From: Patescibacteria group bacterium
GTDB taxonomy: Bacteria; Patescibacteriota; Dojkabacteria; GCA-002793355
Reading direction: 5' to 3'
Length of the DNA: 64,000 nucleotides
Assembly: GCA_016860985.1 (NCBI GenBank)
Contig: BOKM01000001.1
Coordinates: 463,462 to 527,461, forward strand
Shown: piece by piece, positions 35,850-44,385 of the stretch
How the letters are laid out: the number at the start of each line of letters is the position of its first letter
How positions within the stretch are numbered: the first letter of the stretch is position 1
Notes under the pieces: generated by a model
What the model was told of the DNA's origin: nothing
Seen by the model: only the letters and a program-made list of their open reading frames with translations
Databases searched by the model: none
Translations under genes and position numbers: made by a program

Positions 35850-37025
35850 TCATGTGCCTACCAAAATCAACTCCTCCTCCGCTCTTGTGACGCCAGTATA
35901 TAACCAGCGCCTCCATTCGTCATCGCTCATTTTAGCGAAACGTTCTTCAAAGAGAACAACACGTTTTGCTTGGCTTCCTTGGGCTTTATGCACGGTAAGC
36001 GCATAACCATAATCAAAAAGATCAAATTGTCGAGTAATAGATCGGTCTTTCGTAAAATTCATCGCTGCTGGGGCGTGAAATTGAGCTGCTAATACGTCCC
36101 CTCGGAATGGGTAATCTTCTCCGTCTAGCCGAGCTTCGATAAAATAATTACCATCGTCTCGCATATCGACTGTTTCTACAGTACCCAACATCCCATTATA
36201 AATCTGAGCAGTGTGATTATTCCGTAAACAGATGACTCTATCGCGAGGCTTTGGAATATCAGTTTCATAACCCCGCTGTTTTCGAATATATTTATTCAAA
36301 TCGACGCGCGTTTTGTTGTAACCGCAAAGAAGCATTGTTTCTGCGTTATAACTTTCAAGAATGGTACCAATTTGCTCTCTAGCCTCTGGATCATACCTAT
36401 TCACCTTCTTGACGCGTTCTCCATATTTGCCGATTGGAATATTCCCTTCTGTTCGTGCCATAAGCGAAACCATAATAATTGGATTCCCTTCATTTTGCCT
36501 ATGAATCTTTTCAAGTTTAATTTGTGGTTCTTGCATTAAGTTGAAATTTCCACGAACTGGAGGAAGTTGCCCATGGTCTCCGACTGCCACGATAGGAATA
36601 CCGTAAGATTGAATATCAAACCAAATATTTTCATCGACCATAGAGGCCTCATCTATAACGATTAAGTCGGCCTTTATCTCCTTTCTCCTTTCCCATCCTA
36701 TAATTTCTTCTGTTTTTGTGTCAGTTACGGGTGAATACATTAGGGAATGGATTGTTCCGACAGAATCGATAATTTTCAGCGCATTATGAATTTTTAACCG
36801 TTGCTGCAAAACTCTAGCTGCTTTTCCGGTGTAACTACAAAAAGCAACTTTTGTTAAGTCAGAAAGTTTTGAGAGTTCTTTTCTAAATTCTGCTAGTACA
36901 GTTGTTTTTCCTGTTCCGGCATAACCACCTACCGTAATGTAAGGTGCCCTTTGAACAGAGGTATTCCAATCTAACAAAGCCTCAAGGACTTTTCTTTGAT
37001 CTTCGGATAACTGGAATTCTGCCAT
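35850..37025 (-). CDS. RecD/Dda-like SF1 DNA helicase (short form)
   Basis: 'GGYAGTGKTTV' (Walker A), 'LIVIDEASMV', 'VGDHGQLPPV' and 'YALTVHKAQGSQAKRVVL'. I chose the start at ATG 37025, which has TATACT 5 nt upstream; the ORF track uses GTG 37064. Confidence 0.8.
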   Translation of the reverse strand: MAEFQLSEDQRKVLEALLDWNTSVQRAPYITVGGYAGTGKTTVLAEFRKELSKLSDLTKVAFCSYTGKAARVLQQRLKIHNALKIIDSVGTIHSLMYSPVTDTKTEEIIGWERRKEIKADLIVIDEASMVDENIWFDIQSYGIPIVAVGDHGQLPPVRGNFNLMQEPQIKLEKIHRQNEGNPIIMVSLMARTEGNIPIGKYGERVKKVNRYDPEAREQIGTILESYNAETMLLCGYNKTRVDLNKYIRKQRGYETDIPKPRDRVICLRNNHTAQIYNGMLGTVETVDMRDDGNYFIEARLDGEDYPFRGDVLAAQFHAPAAMNFTKDRSITRQFDLFDYGYALTVHKAQGSQAKRVVLFEERFAKMSDDEWRRWLYTGVTRAEEELILVGT

Positions 37026-37097
37026 GTGCGAGTATAGCAAGGTCGTAAAGGTATTTGGTTTCACGGACTCTCACAATATAAGCTATAATTTGCCATC

Positions 37098-38060
37098 ATG
37101 TTAACAGTTGGTAACCTCCTCAAAAAAGCTAGAGAGCACTCAGGCAAGCACATTGAAGAGATTGCACAGATTATAAAAATCAAACCCGAGTATCTTAATA
37201 AGATTGAACAGAACGACTTTTCTTCGTTTAACTCGTCAACTTTTGTAAAAGGTTTCATCAGAAGTTACGCCGCCTTTCTTGGACTTGATGCAGAGAATAT
37301 CGTGGCACTGTTTCGCAGGCAAATTGGGGAAGAAGATGTTCCTTTAAAAGCAAAAAAAACGCTAATAAAGCAGCAAAGCATCGTTATTTCTCCGACTTCA
37401 ATTATGTCGGTTGCAATTATTTTATTCTTTGTTGCAGTATTTGGATTTTTAATCAGTCAATTCTATCGATTACAACAGCCACCAGTATTAAAAATAGTAC
37501 AGCCAAGCACAGAGATCACAACATCTGACTCACCAAACTTTGAAATTAAAGGTCTCACAGAAGAAAACACTATAGTTACGGTAAATGAAACGCAACTACA
37601 ACTTCGCGAAGATAATACTTTTTCACTCGCCGTAGAATTAAAAGAAGGTGACAATACGTTTACATTCAATGCGTGGAAGAAAAATATTGAAGGCAAGCAT
37701 GCGACGCAAATTGTTACCATTCTCTATAATCCAAGGGGTAATTCATCCCCATCAGTTACACCAACTGAAGGAGCATCGACAAGTAATAACAATGGACAGG
37801 ACCTTCAAGTAGAGTTTACGCTTAGTGACCAAGCTTGGATTCAAATCGTAAGCGACGATACACAAAAGGCTGTTGGCGTAAAAAACAAAGGATATGTTCT
37901 GAACTTTACCGCAAAAAAGATGATTGAAATAACGACAGGAAAGCCAGCAGTATCTGCAATCAAACTAAACGGAAAACCAACCTCCTGGAGACTAAAGAAT
38001 GGCGTTGGCTCGCTTGTTTGCGCGTACAGTACAGAAATCAACGACTGGAAGTGTAATTAA
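37098..38060 (+). CDS. rodZ: RodZ-like cytoskeleton protein (HTH + TM + DUF4115-like domain)
   Basis: N-terminal HTH 'VGNLLKKAREHSGKHIEEIAQIIKIKPEYLNKIEQ', one TM segment, and a C-terminal 'WIQIVSDD...KLNGK' beta domain. Confidence 0.75.
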   Translation: MLTVGNLLKKAREHSGKHIEEIAQIIKIKPEYLNKIEQNDFSSFNSSTFVKGFIRSYAAFLGLDAENIVALFRRQIGEEDVPLKAKKTLIKQQSIVISPTSIMSVAIILFFVAVFGFLISQFYRLQQPPVLKIVQPSTEITTSDSPNFEIKGLTEENTIVTVNETQLQLREDNTFSLAVELKEGDNTFTFNAWKKNIEGKHATQIVTILYNPRGNSSPSVTPTEGASTSNNNGQDLQVEFTLSDQAWIQIVSDDTQKAVGVKNKGYVLNFTAKKMIEITTGKPAVSAIKLNGKPTSWRLKNGVGSLVCAYSTEINDWKCN

Positions 38061-38066
38061 CCAACG

Positions 38067-39866
38067 CTATACTGCAAAGTTTCCAACTTCTGCCTCTGTT
38101 ACTTCTGCAAGATCTTCTCCTTTCATGGTAATTGAACATGTCTGCATACCTGCGTTAAACGACACCTGTTCGAGTTGCGCAATAGCGCTATCCATGTACA
38201 CTTTCATGCCCAAAAGATTGCCAAAAGGAGGGACTCCCCCAACTTTAATACCATAGGTCGCGAGAATGTTCTCTGGCTTCTCAAACTCTGCTTTTTCTCC
38301 AATGGCGGCAGTTACTGCTTCAAAGGATATTTTTTTATCGCCTGGAATAACTACCATAACCGGAGTATTGGTCTTTTTTCCAGAAAGAATAAGCGCCTTT
38401 GCTCCATTAGAGAGAGATGTTCCTCGAAGCGCTGCGGCCTCTTCACTTGTTCGCACAGCTTCGTGTTCAGAAAATTCGTATGCAACTGCACGGCTATCAA
38501 GTATTTTTTTAATTTTTGCCACAACTTCCTTATCAGAACCAAGCTTTTCCTTGATTCTATTTGCACCTGCGATTCTCTTGAGATCAGAAGGGAATAAGGT
38601 TGCCTCTCGGATATTTTGCAAGTTGAACAACTTCATGGTTAATCGCTCAAGTCCAAAAGAAAATCCTGCCTCTGAAGGCATTCCGTATTTAAAGGCTTGG
38701 AAATAGTGCTCGTAATACGCTTCAGACAAGCCTTGCTCTTTAAATCTTTCGAAAAGCTTTTCGTATTCGTGGATACGATGGGTACCTGAAAGCATTTCAA
38801 GACCTCTAAACTCAAGGTCAAAGCTAAGAGATTCCGAAGCTTCTTCTGGGTTATCCCATGTATAAAAGTTTTTGTTGCTTTTAAAGTTTACAACCCACAG
38901 AAAATCTGAACCTTTTTCCTCTAATGCCCACTTGCTAATCTCACGCTCGTCTTCCGGATCGAGGTCTAACTCCTCTCGTTCTGCTGACTTTCCGATTCTT
39001 CTTTCTATAATCTCCAAAGCTTCTCGAACTTTTATTTTCGGAAATCGACCATTTGGTAATTTGGGAAGCTCAACCCCATACAAGGCGAACACATCTTTTG
39101 AGGTCTCCACTACACCATCAACAATATGTCGAATAACATTTTCAGCAATCTGCATGGCCTCGTCGTAATTATCAATAAAGCCCATCTCCGCATCCATTTG
39201 CGTGAGTTCCATTATGTGGCGGGTAGTATTATGCTTCTCTGCTCGAAAAACGGGACCGACACAGAAAGCGCGTTCAAAGGCTGTAACCATAATTTGCTTA
39301 TAAACCTGTGGCGACTGCGCCAAATATGCTTTTCCTTCAAAGTAGTTCACTTCAAAAACACTTGCACCACTTTCAGACGGAGCACTCATAATTACCGGTG
39401 ACTTAAATTCGGTAAAACCTTGAGAGCGTAGAGATTCCGCAAACTTTTGTAAAATAACCGCTTGTACTTTAAAAATTGCTTGTTTTTTAAGATTTCTTAG
39501 CACCAAAGGTCTGTAATCCAACTCTGTGTCGATATTGACATCAATTGATTTTTTGTTGTACGAAACCGGTGGAACTTCCTTAATTGGGACCTTTATTTCG
39601 ACCGTAGGGTTAACTACTTCAACACCAATATCTGTTGAGTCAGTTTTTTTTACCGTTCCCACAACACGAACAACACTTCCGGGTTGCAACGACGCTAATT
39701 CTTTTAACGTATCTTTATTATCAACAACTACCTGAACTAAGCCACCTCGATCACGAACAATCAAGAAACCGAGTTTGCCTAACTCACGAAAGTTATGAAG
39801 CCACCCATCAAGGCGTACTTCTTTGCTCTCATATCCAGAGAGCTCTGTTGAAATAATACGTTCCAT
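38067..39866 (-). CDS. aspS: Aspartyl-tRNA synthetase (archaeal-type class IIb) fused to a C-terminal YbaK/ProX-like aminoacyl-tRNA editing domain
   Basis: OB-fold N-terminus, 'FRAEKHNTTRHIMELTQMDAEM', 'GFSFGLERL' and the core ending 'REATLFPSDLKR'. An extra ~155 aa then follow, with 'KALIL', 'VVIPGDKKISF' and 'GIKVGGVPPFG' of the tRNA_edit family. Confidence 0.85.
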   Translation of the reverse strand: MERIISTELSGYESKEVRLDGWLHNFRELGKLGFLIVRDRGGLVQVVVDNKDTLKELASLQPGSVVRVVGTVKKTDSTDIGVEVVNPTVEIKVPIKEVPPVSYNKKSIDVNIDTELDYRPLVLRNLKKQAIFKVQAVILQKFAESLRSQGFTEFKSPVIMSAPSESGASVFEVNYFEGKAYLAQSPQVYKQIMVTAFERAFCVGPVFRAEKHNTTRHIMELTQMDAEMGFIDNYDEAMQIAENVIRHIVDGVVETSKDVFALYGVELPKLPNGRFPKIKVREALEIIERRIGKSAEREELDLDPEDEREISKWALEEKGSDFLWVVNFKSNKNFYTWDNPEEASESLSFDLEFRGLEMLSGTHRIHEYEKLFERFKEQGLSEAYYEHYFQAFKYGMPSEAGFSFGLERLTMKLFNLQNIREATLFPSDLKRIAGANRIKEKLGSDKEVVAKIKKILDSRAVAYEFSEHEAVRTSEEAAALRGTSLSNGAKALILSGKKTNTPVMVVIPGDKKISFEAVTAAIGEKAEFEKPENILATYGIKVGGVPPFGNLLGMKVYMDSAIAQLEQVSFNAGMQTCSITMKGEDLAEVTEAEVGNFAV

Positions 39867-40057
39867 GGGGAATTATAACGCAACACAATCGAGAATGAAA
39901 TAAACGTTGACCTGCCCACTGCCGCACGAAGTCGTATAATACGAGTATGGTTTATCATTCAGCAACAAAAGAGAATTGCGAACTCGTACTCCCTCCCTTA
40001 TCACTTAACTAAAAACCTTTTCAGTTGAATCAGCCAAAATTCGGTGCAAAATATAGT

Positions 40058-40765
40058 ATGGAGACAATTAAACTACACTATTTTCAAAAAGAGTTATTAA
40101 AGAAACTCACACTTTCTGCCAAAGGACTTCGGTTCAACGAACTACTGATCGAAGGACTGGAAAGTGAGCACATGAATTACCATCTACAAAAACTTATTGA
40201 GTTCGAGCTGGTACAGAAACAAGAGCAATACTATCAACTAACAGATGAAGGAAAAGACTACTCGAATCAGCTTGATGACAATGTCGACGTTGTCGAAAAA
40301 CAGCCAAAGACATCGGTTCTGCTGGTAGTTGTTCGATACAACAAAGAAAAGAAAGAGGAAGAATACCTTGTGAATAAACGACTACGCCAACCATATTACG
40401 GAAAGGTAGGATTACTCACAGGGAAAGTCCGTTTCGGTGAATCTTTGGAACAAGCAGTCAAGAGAGAACTCTACGAAGAATCAGGGCTTTCTGCCGGGTT
40501 AGTAAAACTACTCAGCATTTATCACAAAATACGAACAAAAGGTGTGGAAACCGTTCAAGATGTAATCTTTTACAGGCATTTAGTCACAGAAATTTCTGGA
40601 GACCTCATCACTAAAACTGCGTTTCAAGAAAATTTTTGGGCAACTGCAAAAGAGCTGCAACAAAGAGACGATCGATACGATACCTTTCAGTTGAAATCAA
40701 CCGAGGCATACTTACAAGATATGCTCACGTACACAGAGGACATAGGAGTTGCAAAAGATTTTTAA
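40058..40765 (+). CDS. Winged-helix (ArsR/MarR-like) N-terminal domain fused to a Nudix hydrolase domain
   Basis: 'FQKELLKKLTLSAKGLRFNELL...NYHLQKLIEFELV' is wHTH-like. The Nudix box is 'GKVRFGESLEQAVKRELYEESGL'. An alternative TTG start is at 40025. Confidence 0.7.
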   Translation: METIKLHYFQKELLKKLTLSAKGLRFNELLIEGLESEHMNYHLQKLIEFELVQKQEQYYQLTDEGKDYSNQLDDNVDVVEKQPKTSVLLVVVRYNKEKKEEEYLVNKRLRQPYYGKVGLLTGKVRFGESLEQAVKRELYEESGLSAGLVKLLSIYHKIRTKGVETVQDVIFYRHLVTEISGDLITKTAFQENFWATAKELQQRDDRYDTFQLKSTEAYLQDMLTYTEDIGVAKDF

Positions 40766-41541
40766 ATAGCTAGATCAACAAGCAATGCTTTGTGGTCACT
40801 AATTGGAACTTTGAACATTCGCTTCCGTACGATTTTCATTCCTTCTGGGATAAGTATATGATCAAGTTGCTGGTGAAATGGGTAATTGGTCGTTTTAAGG
40901 TGTGCAAAGGGATTTTGTAGGTGATAGTCTTTCACGATTTTGTTTACTTCTTTTCGCTCATCATAAAAGTAATCACCCAATGTGTAACCACATGCCCATC
41001 CGGCAATTATTTTAAACATCATGTCGCTTACAATGTTGAAATCACCACAAAAGATAGTCCTTCCGTCGGCAAAGCGCTGAAGCATCTTAGTTAACTGACT
41101 TATTCTAACTCGTGGACCGCAGGCAGTAGAAAGATGTAGGTTAACTACTCTGTATTTCTCGCCATTTCGACGAAATGTGGTCACAAGGCCCTCGTGCCGC
41201 TCGCGTAATTTTGCAACTTTTTGATAGATAAATGCCCACGGCACAGCTATAGGTGAATCATAGTATCGTGCCTTCTCAACAGAGATAATACTCTGAGCAC
41301 TTCTCACGCCGGTTGTGACAAAACCCGTTTGCCCTCCGATATGTTGATAGTCAGCAACTTGTCCAGTCTTGTATCCAAGCTTGGTAAGATGATCAATTCT
41401 TGACTGCAAAACCTCTTGCAGACAGACAATATCGGGCAATCTTCGGTGAGTCATACGTAAGGCAAGCTTCCCAAACGGATTTTTTCTTCCGACATTCAGA
41501 CTTACAATTCGTAACGGTTTTTGTTCCATAGCAATAGACAC
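40762..41541 (-). CDS. Endonuclease/exonuclease/phosphatase (EEP) family protein
   Basis: 'LRIVSLNVG', 'DIVCLQEV', 'GDFN' and 'ISDHKALLVDL' are EEP motifs. Confidence 0.8.
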   Translation of the reverse strand: MSIAMEQKPLRIVSLNVGRKNPFGKLALRMTHRRLPDIVCLQEVLQSRIDHLTKLGYKTGQVADYQHIGGQTGFVTTGVRSAQSIISVEKARYYDSPIAVPWAFIYQKVAKLRERHEGLVTTFRRNGEKYRVVNLHLSTACGPRVRISQLTKMLQRFADGRTIFCGDFNIVSDMMFKIIAGWACGYTLGDYFYDERKEVNKIVKDYHLQNPFAHLKTTNYPFHQQLDHILIPEGMKIVRKRMFKVPISDHKALLVDLAI

Positions 41542-41546
41542 CGATT

Positions 41547-42341
41547 TTACCGTGGCTGAAAGAGATTTTCCAGCTTGTTAACAAAAGACGCAGCGTTTTT
41601 TGCAGAAAAACCAAAGCGCAGCCAGATACCTATTGAAAATACGAATACCGCAAAAAGGAACTCAACCCTGCCGTACGTCCAAAGAAGAGAGATAAAGGCA
41701 AGGAACAAAAAAAAGTTCCCAAAAACGCTTAAGCCCCTAGATGAGTAATTGCCAATCAAAAAAGTACGCTTCCTCCCTCCTTGTAGTTTTCCCAACTGTT
41801 TTTCTGCATGTAAAAAGCATGCAACAAAATACATCAGCGACAAAAAAGGAAGATAAGGGAGAAGTGTTGTAATTGCAACCCCACACAAAGAAAGTGCGGT
41901 AAGGTACTTAATAGGATGAGTGAAAGAAATAAACAGCAACTCAAGATACGGAACACCTTTCATTGCCCAAGAGTAAAATATATTAATTCCAAGAAGGAGC
42001 AGCATGTATCCAAGCATTTGCAAGGAAAACCACCCAACATACCCTAATGTAACCGCAATTAATACAACTGCTGCAAACGTTGCTGTTTTTCGGTTTAATC
42101 TATTAGAAGCAATCAATCTAGACTTGTTATGGTAATCTCTTCGATCTCCTTTGTAATCGGCTATGTCATTCAGCAAATACACTGCCCCATAAAAAAGTAG
42201 ATAGGCGAAAACTGCAACCGTATGCTTCCAATCAAATTGTGAATGACTCCAAAACAGGGCGAGTCCAATAAAAAAACTGGGATGAGAAGTAAATATTCGT
42301 TCTGGCTTTAAGGCAGGAAGTAACAAACCTACTTGCGTCAT
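41547..42341 (-). CDS. UbiA-family prenyltransferase, divergent paralogue
   Basis: Polytopic protein with 'YLLNDIADYKGDRRDYHNKSRLIAS' (NDxxDxxxD). I chose the start at ATG 42341; the ORF track uses TTG 42359. Confidence 0.7.
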   Translation of the reverse strand: MTQVGLLLPALKPERIFTSHPSFFIGLALFWSHSQFDWKHTVAVFAYLLFYGAVYLLNDIADYKGDRRDYHNKSRLIASNRLNRKTATFAAVVLIAVTLGYVGWFSLQMLGYMLLLLGINIFYSWAMKGVPYLELLFISFTHPIKYLTALSLCGVAITTLLPYLPFLSLMYFVACFLHAEKQLGKLQGGRKRTFLIGNYSSRGLSVFGNFFLFLAFISLLWTYGRVEFLFAVFVFSIGIWLRFGFSAKNAASFVNKLENLFQPR

Positions 42342-42377
42342 ATTCGAACGATAACACAACCGCTATAATACGTACAT

Positions 42378-43025
42378 ATGCAAAAGGTTACCATCTACGA
42401 GCTCTACGATATTCTGGAACGCGCGACCAAAGGGTTTCCAGAACCACTTGCCGAACACGTATTTCATTGGACAAAATCACCCTTTTTCACCCTTGTATCC
42501 ACAGTACTTTCAGCTCGAACAAAAGATAGCCTTACAATTACAAAACTCCCCGATTTATGGAGCACTGCGAAAACTCCGCTCGAGTTTTCGCAGCTCACCA
42601 CAGAACGACTCGAGCCAATGCTCCGCCCCATCGGTTTTTACAAAACGAAGGCACATCATTTAATCGACCTCGGAGCGATTGTTCACCAGCAATACAACGA
42701 TGTCGTCCCTTCTAATATGGAAGATTTACTTAAACTTCCAGGAGTTGGAAGAAAAACGGCGAATTTGCAGCTTTCTGTTGTTAATAATATTCCTGCAATT
42801 TGTGTTGATACTCATGTTCACCGCATCATGAATCACATTGGGTACGTTAAAACCAATACTCCTGAACAAACGGAATTTGCGCTACGAAAAAAACTTCCTA
42901 TGGATTTATGGAACAAAACTAACTACCTTCTTGTACTCACTGGGCAAAATCTAGCAAATCACATTCAGATTAAAGATCCCAACAACATACTAAACACCTA
43001 CGAGCTTATCGAGCGAGTCCGCTAA
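42378..43025 (+). CDS. nth: Endonuclease III-like HhH-GPD DNA glycosylase lacking the Fe-S cluster motif
   Basis: 'LSARTKD', 'LPGVGRKTANL' (HhH plus catalytic Lys) and 'VDTHVHRI' (Asp). There is no C-terminal Cx6Cx2Cx5C. TATAAT lies 8 nt upstream of the ATG. Confidence 0.8.
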   Translation: MQKVTIYELYDILERATKGFPEPLAEHVFHWTKSPFFTLVSTVLSARTKDSLTITKLPDLWSTAKTPLEFSQLTTERLEPMLRPIGFYKTKAHHLIDLGAIVHQQYNDVVPSNMEDLLKLPGVGRKTANLQLSVVNNIPAICVDTHVHRIMNHIGYVKTNTPEQTEFALRKKLPMDLWNKTNYLLVLTGQNLANHIQIKDPNNILNTYELIERVR

Positions 43026-43893
43026 AAAGCGCGACTCCTGCCACCAACAACGATAACAAGAGCAAGAGAAAGAGCACAAGACCTAGCCGGTGATGCAAAA
43101 AGAAAGCAAACCCATCTTCGGCAATATCCTTTCTGTTTTCTGCAAAGCACATATATTCATGCACTACTAACAAAACGAGAAAGTACAGGACATCCGTATA
43201 GACCAAAGGCAACGCGACCACCGACATTGCAAGAAAATAAAATATTACGGATACCATCATAAAAAAAGTCATGAGAAATTTCAGTGCACGAGGTGAGTAT
43301 TTCTTAATTACAGGTCGAGCCGCAACATTATTAACCGCGACTTCGGCAAGTCGTTGAACGGTAAGTATAAAAAGGAATAGTGCCATAACCGCACCAACCA
43401 AAAACCAATTCACTGCGACTCCAAGAAGAAAAAAACCGGAAGCGGCACGAATCCCCGCAAATAATGCGACAAAAACAATATCAACATACGGAATATGCTT
43501 TATGTAGTAGGTGTAAAGCAAGTTTAACAACACATACCCAAACAAAAGAGCCGTAAATTGGACATTTGCAAGTAACCCCACTAAAACAAGAACCAAACCT
43601 GAAAGTAGTACCATAAGGCTCGCGACCTCAAAAGGAGTAAGTACACCAGAAGCGAGTGGTCGCAACTTTTTTACAGGGTGTTGTCTATCGCGTTCTATAT
43701 CGCCAAGGTCGTTAATGATGTAAACTATACTACTCGACAATGCAAACGCGATTGCTCCTGCAAGAACTAAACTAAAAGAACCTACCGATTGATGTTGCAG
43801 AAAAAGGAGAACAGAAAAGACAAGAAGGGCCTTATACCACTGATGCCAGCGAAGTTGCCTAAGAATATCGTACGTTTTTACGAAAAGTTGCAT
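43006..43893 (-). CDS. UbiA-family prenyltransferase, decaprenyl-phosphate phosphoribosyltransferase-like
   Basis: 'YIINDLGDIERDRQHPVKKLRPLASG' closely resembles the Rv3806c-type motif. Polytopic. I chose the start at ATG 43893; the ORF track extends to 43938. Confidence 0.75.
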   Translation of the reverse strand: MQLFVKTYDILRQLRWHQWYKALLVFSVLLFLQHQSVGSFSLVLAGAIAFALSSSIVYIINDLGDIERDRQHPVKKLRPLASGVLTPFEVASLMVLLSGLVLVLVGLLANVQFTALLFGYVLLNLLYTYYIKHIPYVDIVFVALFAGIRAASGFFLLGVAVNWFLVGAVMALFLFILTVQRLAEVAVNNVAARPVIKKYSPRALKFLMTFFMMVSVIFYFLAMSVVALPLVYTDVLYFLVLLVVHEYMCFAENRKDIAEDGFAFFLHHRLGLVLFLLLLLSLLVAGVALFSGLAR

Positions 43894-44385
43894 TTTATTG
43901 ATATAAAATATACTACTCTCGTTTTCACGACAGTACAAAAGTATACCTTTCTTCGCATAGCGAGTAAAGTTATTGCCGAAATCTCCAATGGGCCAGCACT
44001 TCCCTTGTTTTTAATTCTCTATTGGTTATACGGTAATCCATCTGCATTTACGTTCTCTGCGTACATAATTTTTTGGGTTCTATACCACGAATTCGGAGTA
44101 AAAGAGCTCTTTCAGCGAAGTCGCCCAGATACAGCCGGGCAGCAAAAAGGGTTTTCCTTTCCCTCTTCCCACTCTTTCGCCTCTGGATTAATACTCACCA
44201 GTTGTATCTTCTTTTCACTTCCCTACGAACCAATAATAATGGCTTTTGCGGTACTCAACGCGATTAATCGACCTGCGATTGGCGTACATTATATCGCTGA
44301 TGTAGTTGCAGGCCTCTCACTTGGGGTAATCGCGGGCTTAGGCTGGCCGTTTATCCTAGAAATTGCAAGGGTAGCTCTACCGTAA
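43843..44385 (+). CDS. PAP2-family (phosphatidic acid phosphatase type 2) membrane phosphatase
   Basis: PAP2 motifs 'FQRSRPD', 'FPSSHS' and 'GVHYIADVVAG'. The start is uncertain (ORF-track ATG 43789, ATG 43843, TTG 43888). The 5' end overlaps the divergent UbiA gene. Confidence 0.7.
   Translation: MPAKLPKNIVRFYEKLHFIDIKYTTLVFTTVQKYTFLRIASKVIAEISNGPALPLFLILYWLYGNPSAFTFSAYIIFWVLYHEFGVKELFQRSRPDTAGQQKGFSFPSSHSFASGLILTSCIFFSLPYEPIIMAFAVLNAINRPAIGVHYIADVVAGLSLGVIAGLGWPFILEIARVALP

Noticed and set aside
37061-37258. 65-aa minus-strand ORF upstream of the helicase gene
   Set aside because: It is antisense to the rodZ-like gene's conserved HTH-coding 5' end, and it overlaps the helicase promoter region.
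38175-38706. 140-aa and 146-aa plus-strand ORFs
   Set aside because: They are antisense to the aspS-YbaK fusion gene, whose frame carries clear class II synthetase and tRNA_edit motifs.
39947-40012. 21-codon ORF (MVYHSATKENCELVLPPLSLN) in the aspS/Nudix intergenic region
   Set aside because: It is too short and has no supporting signal. The region is more simply explained as divergent promoter or leader sequence containing a hairpin.
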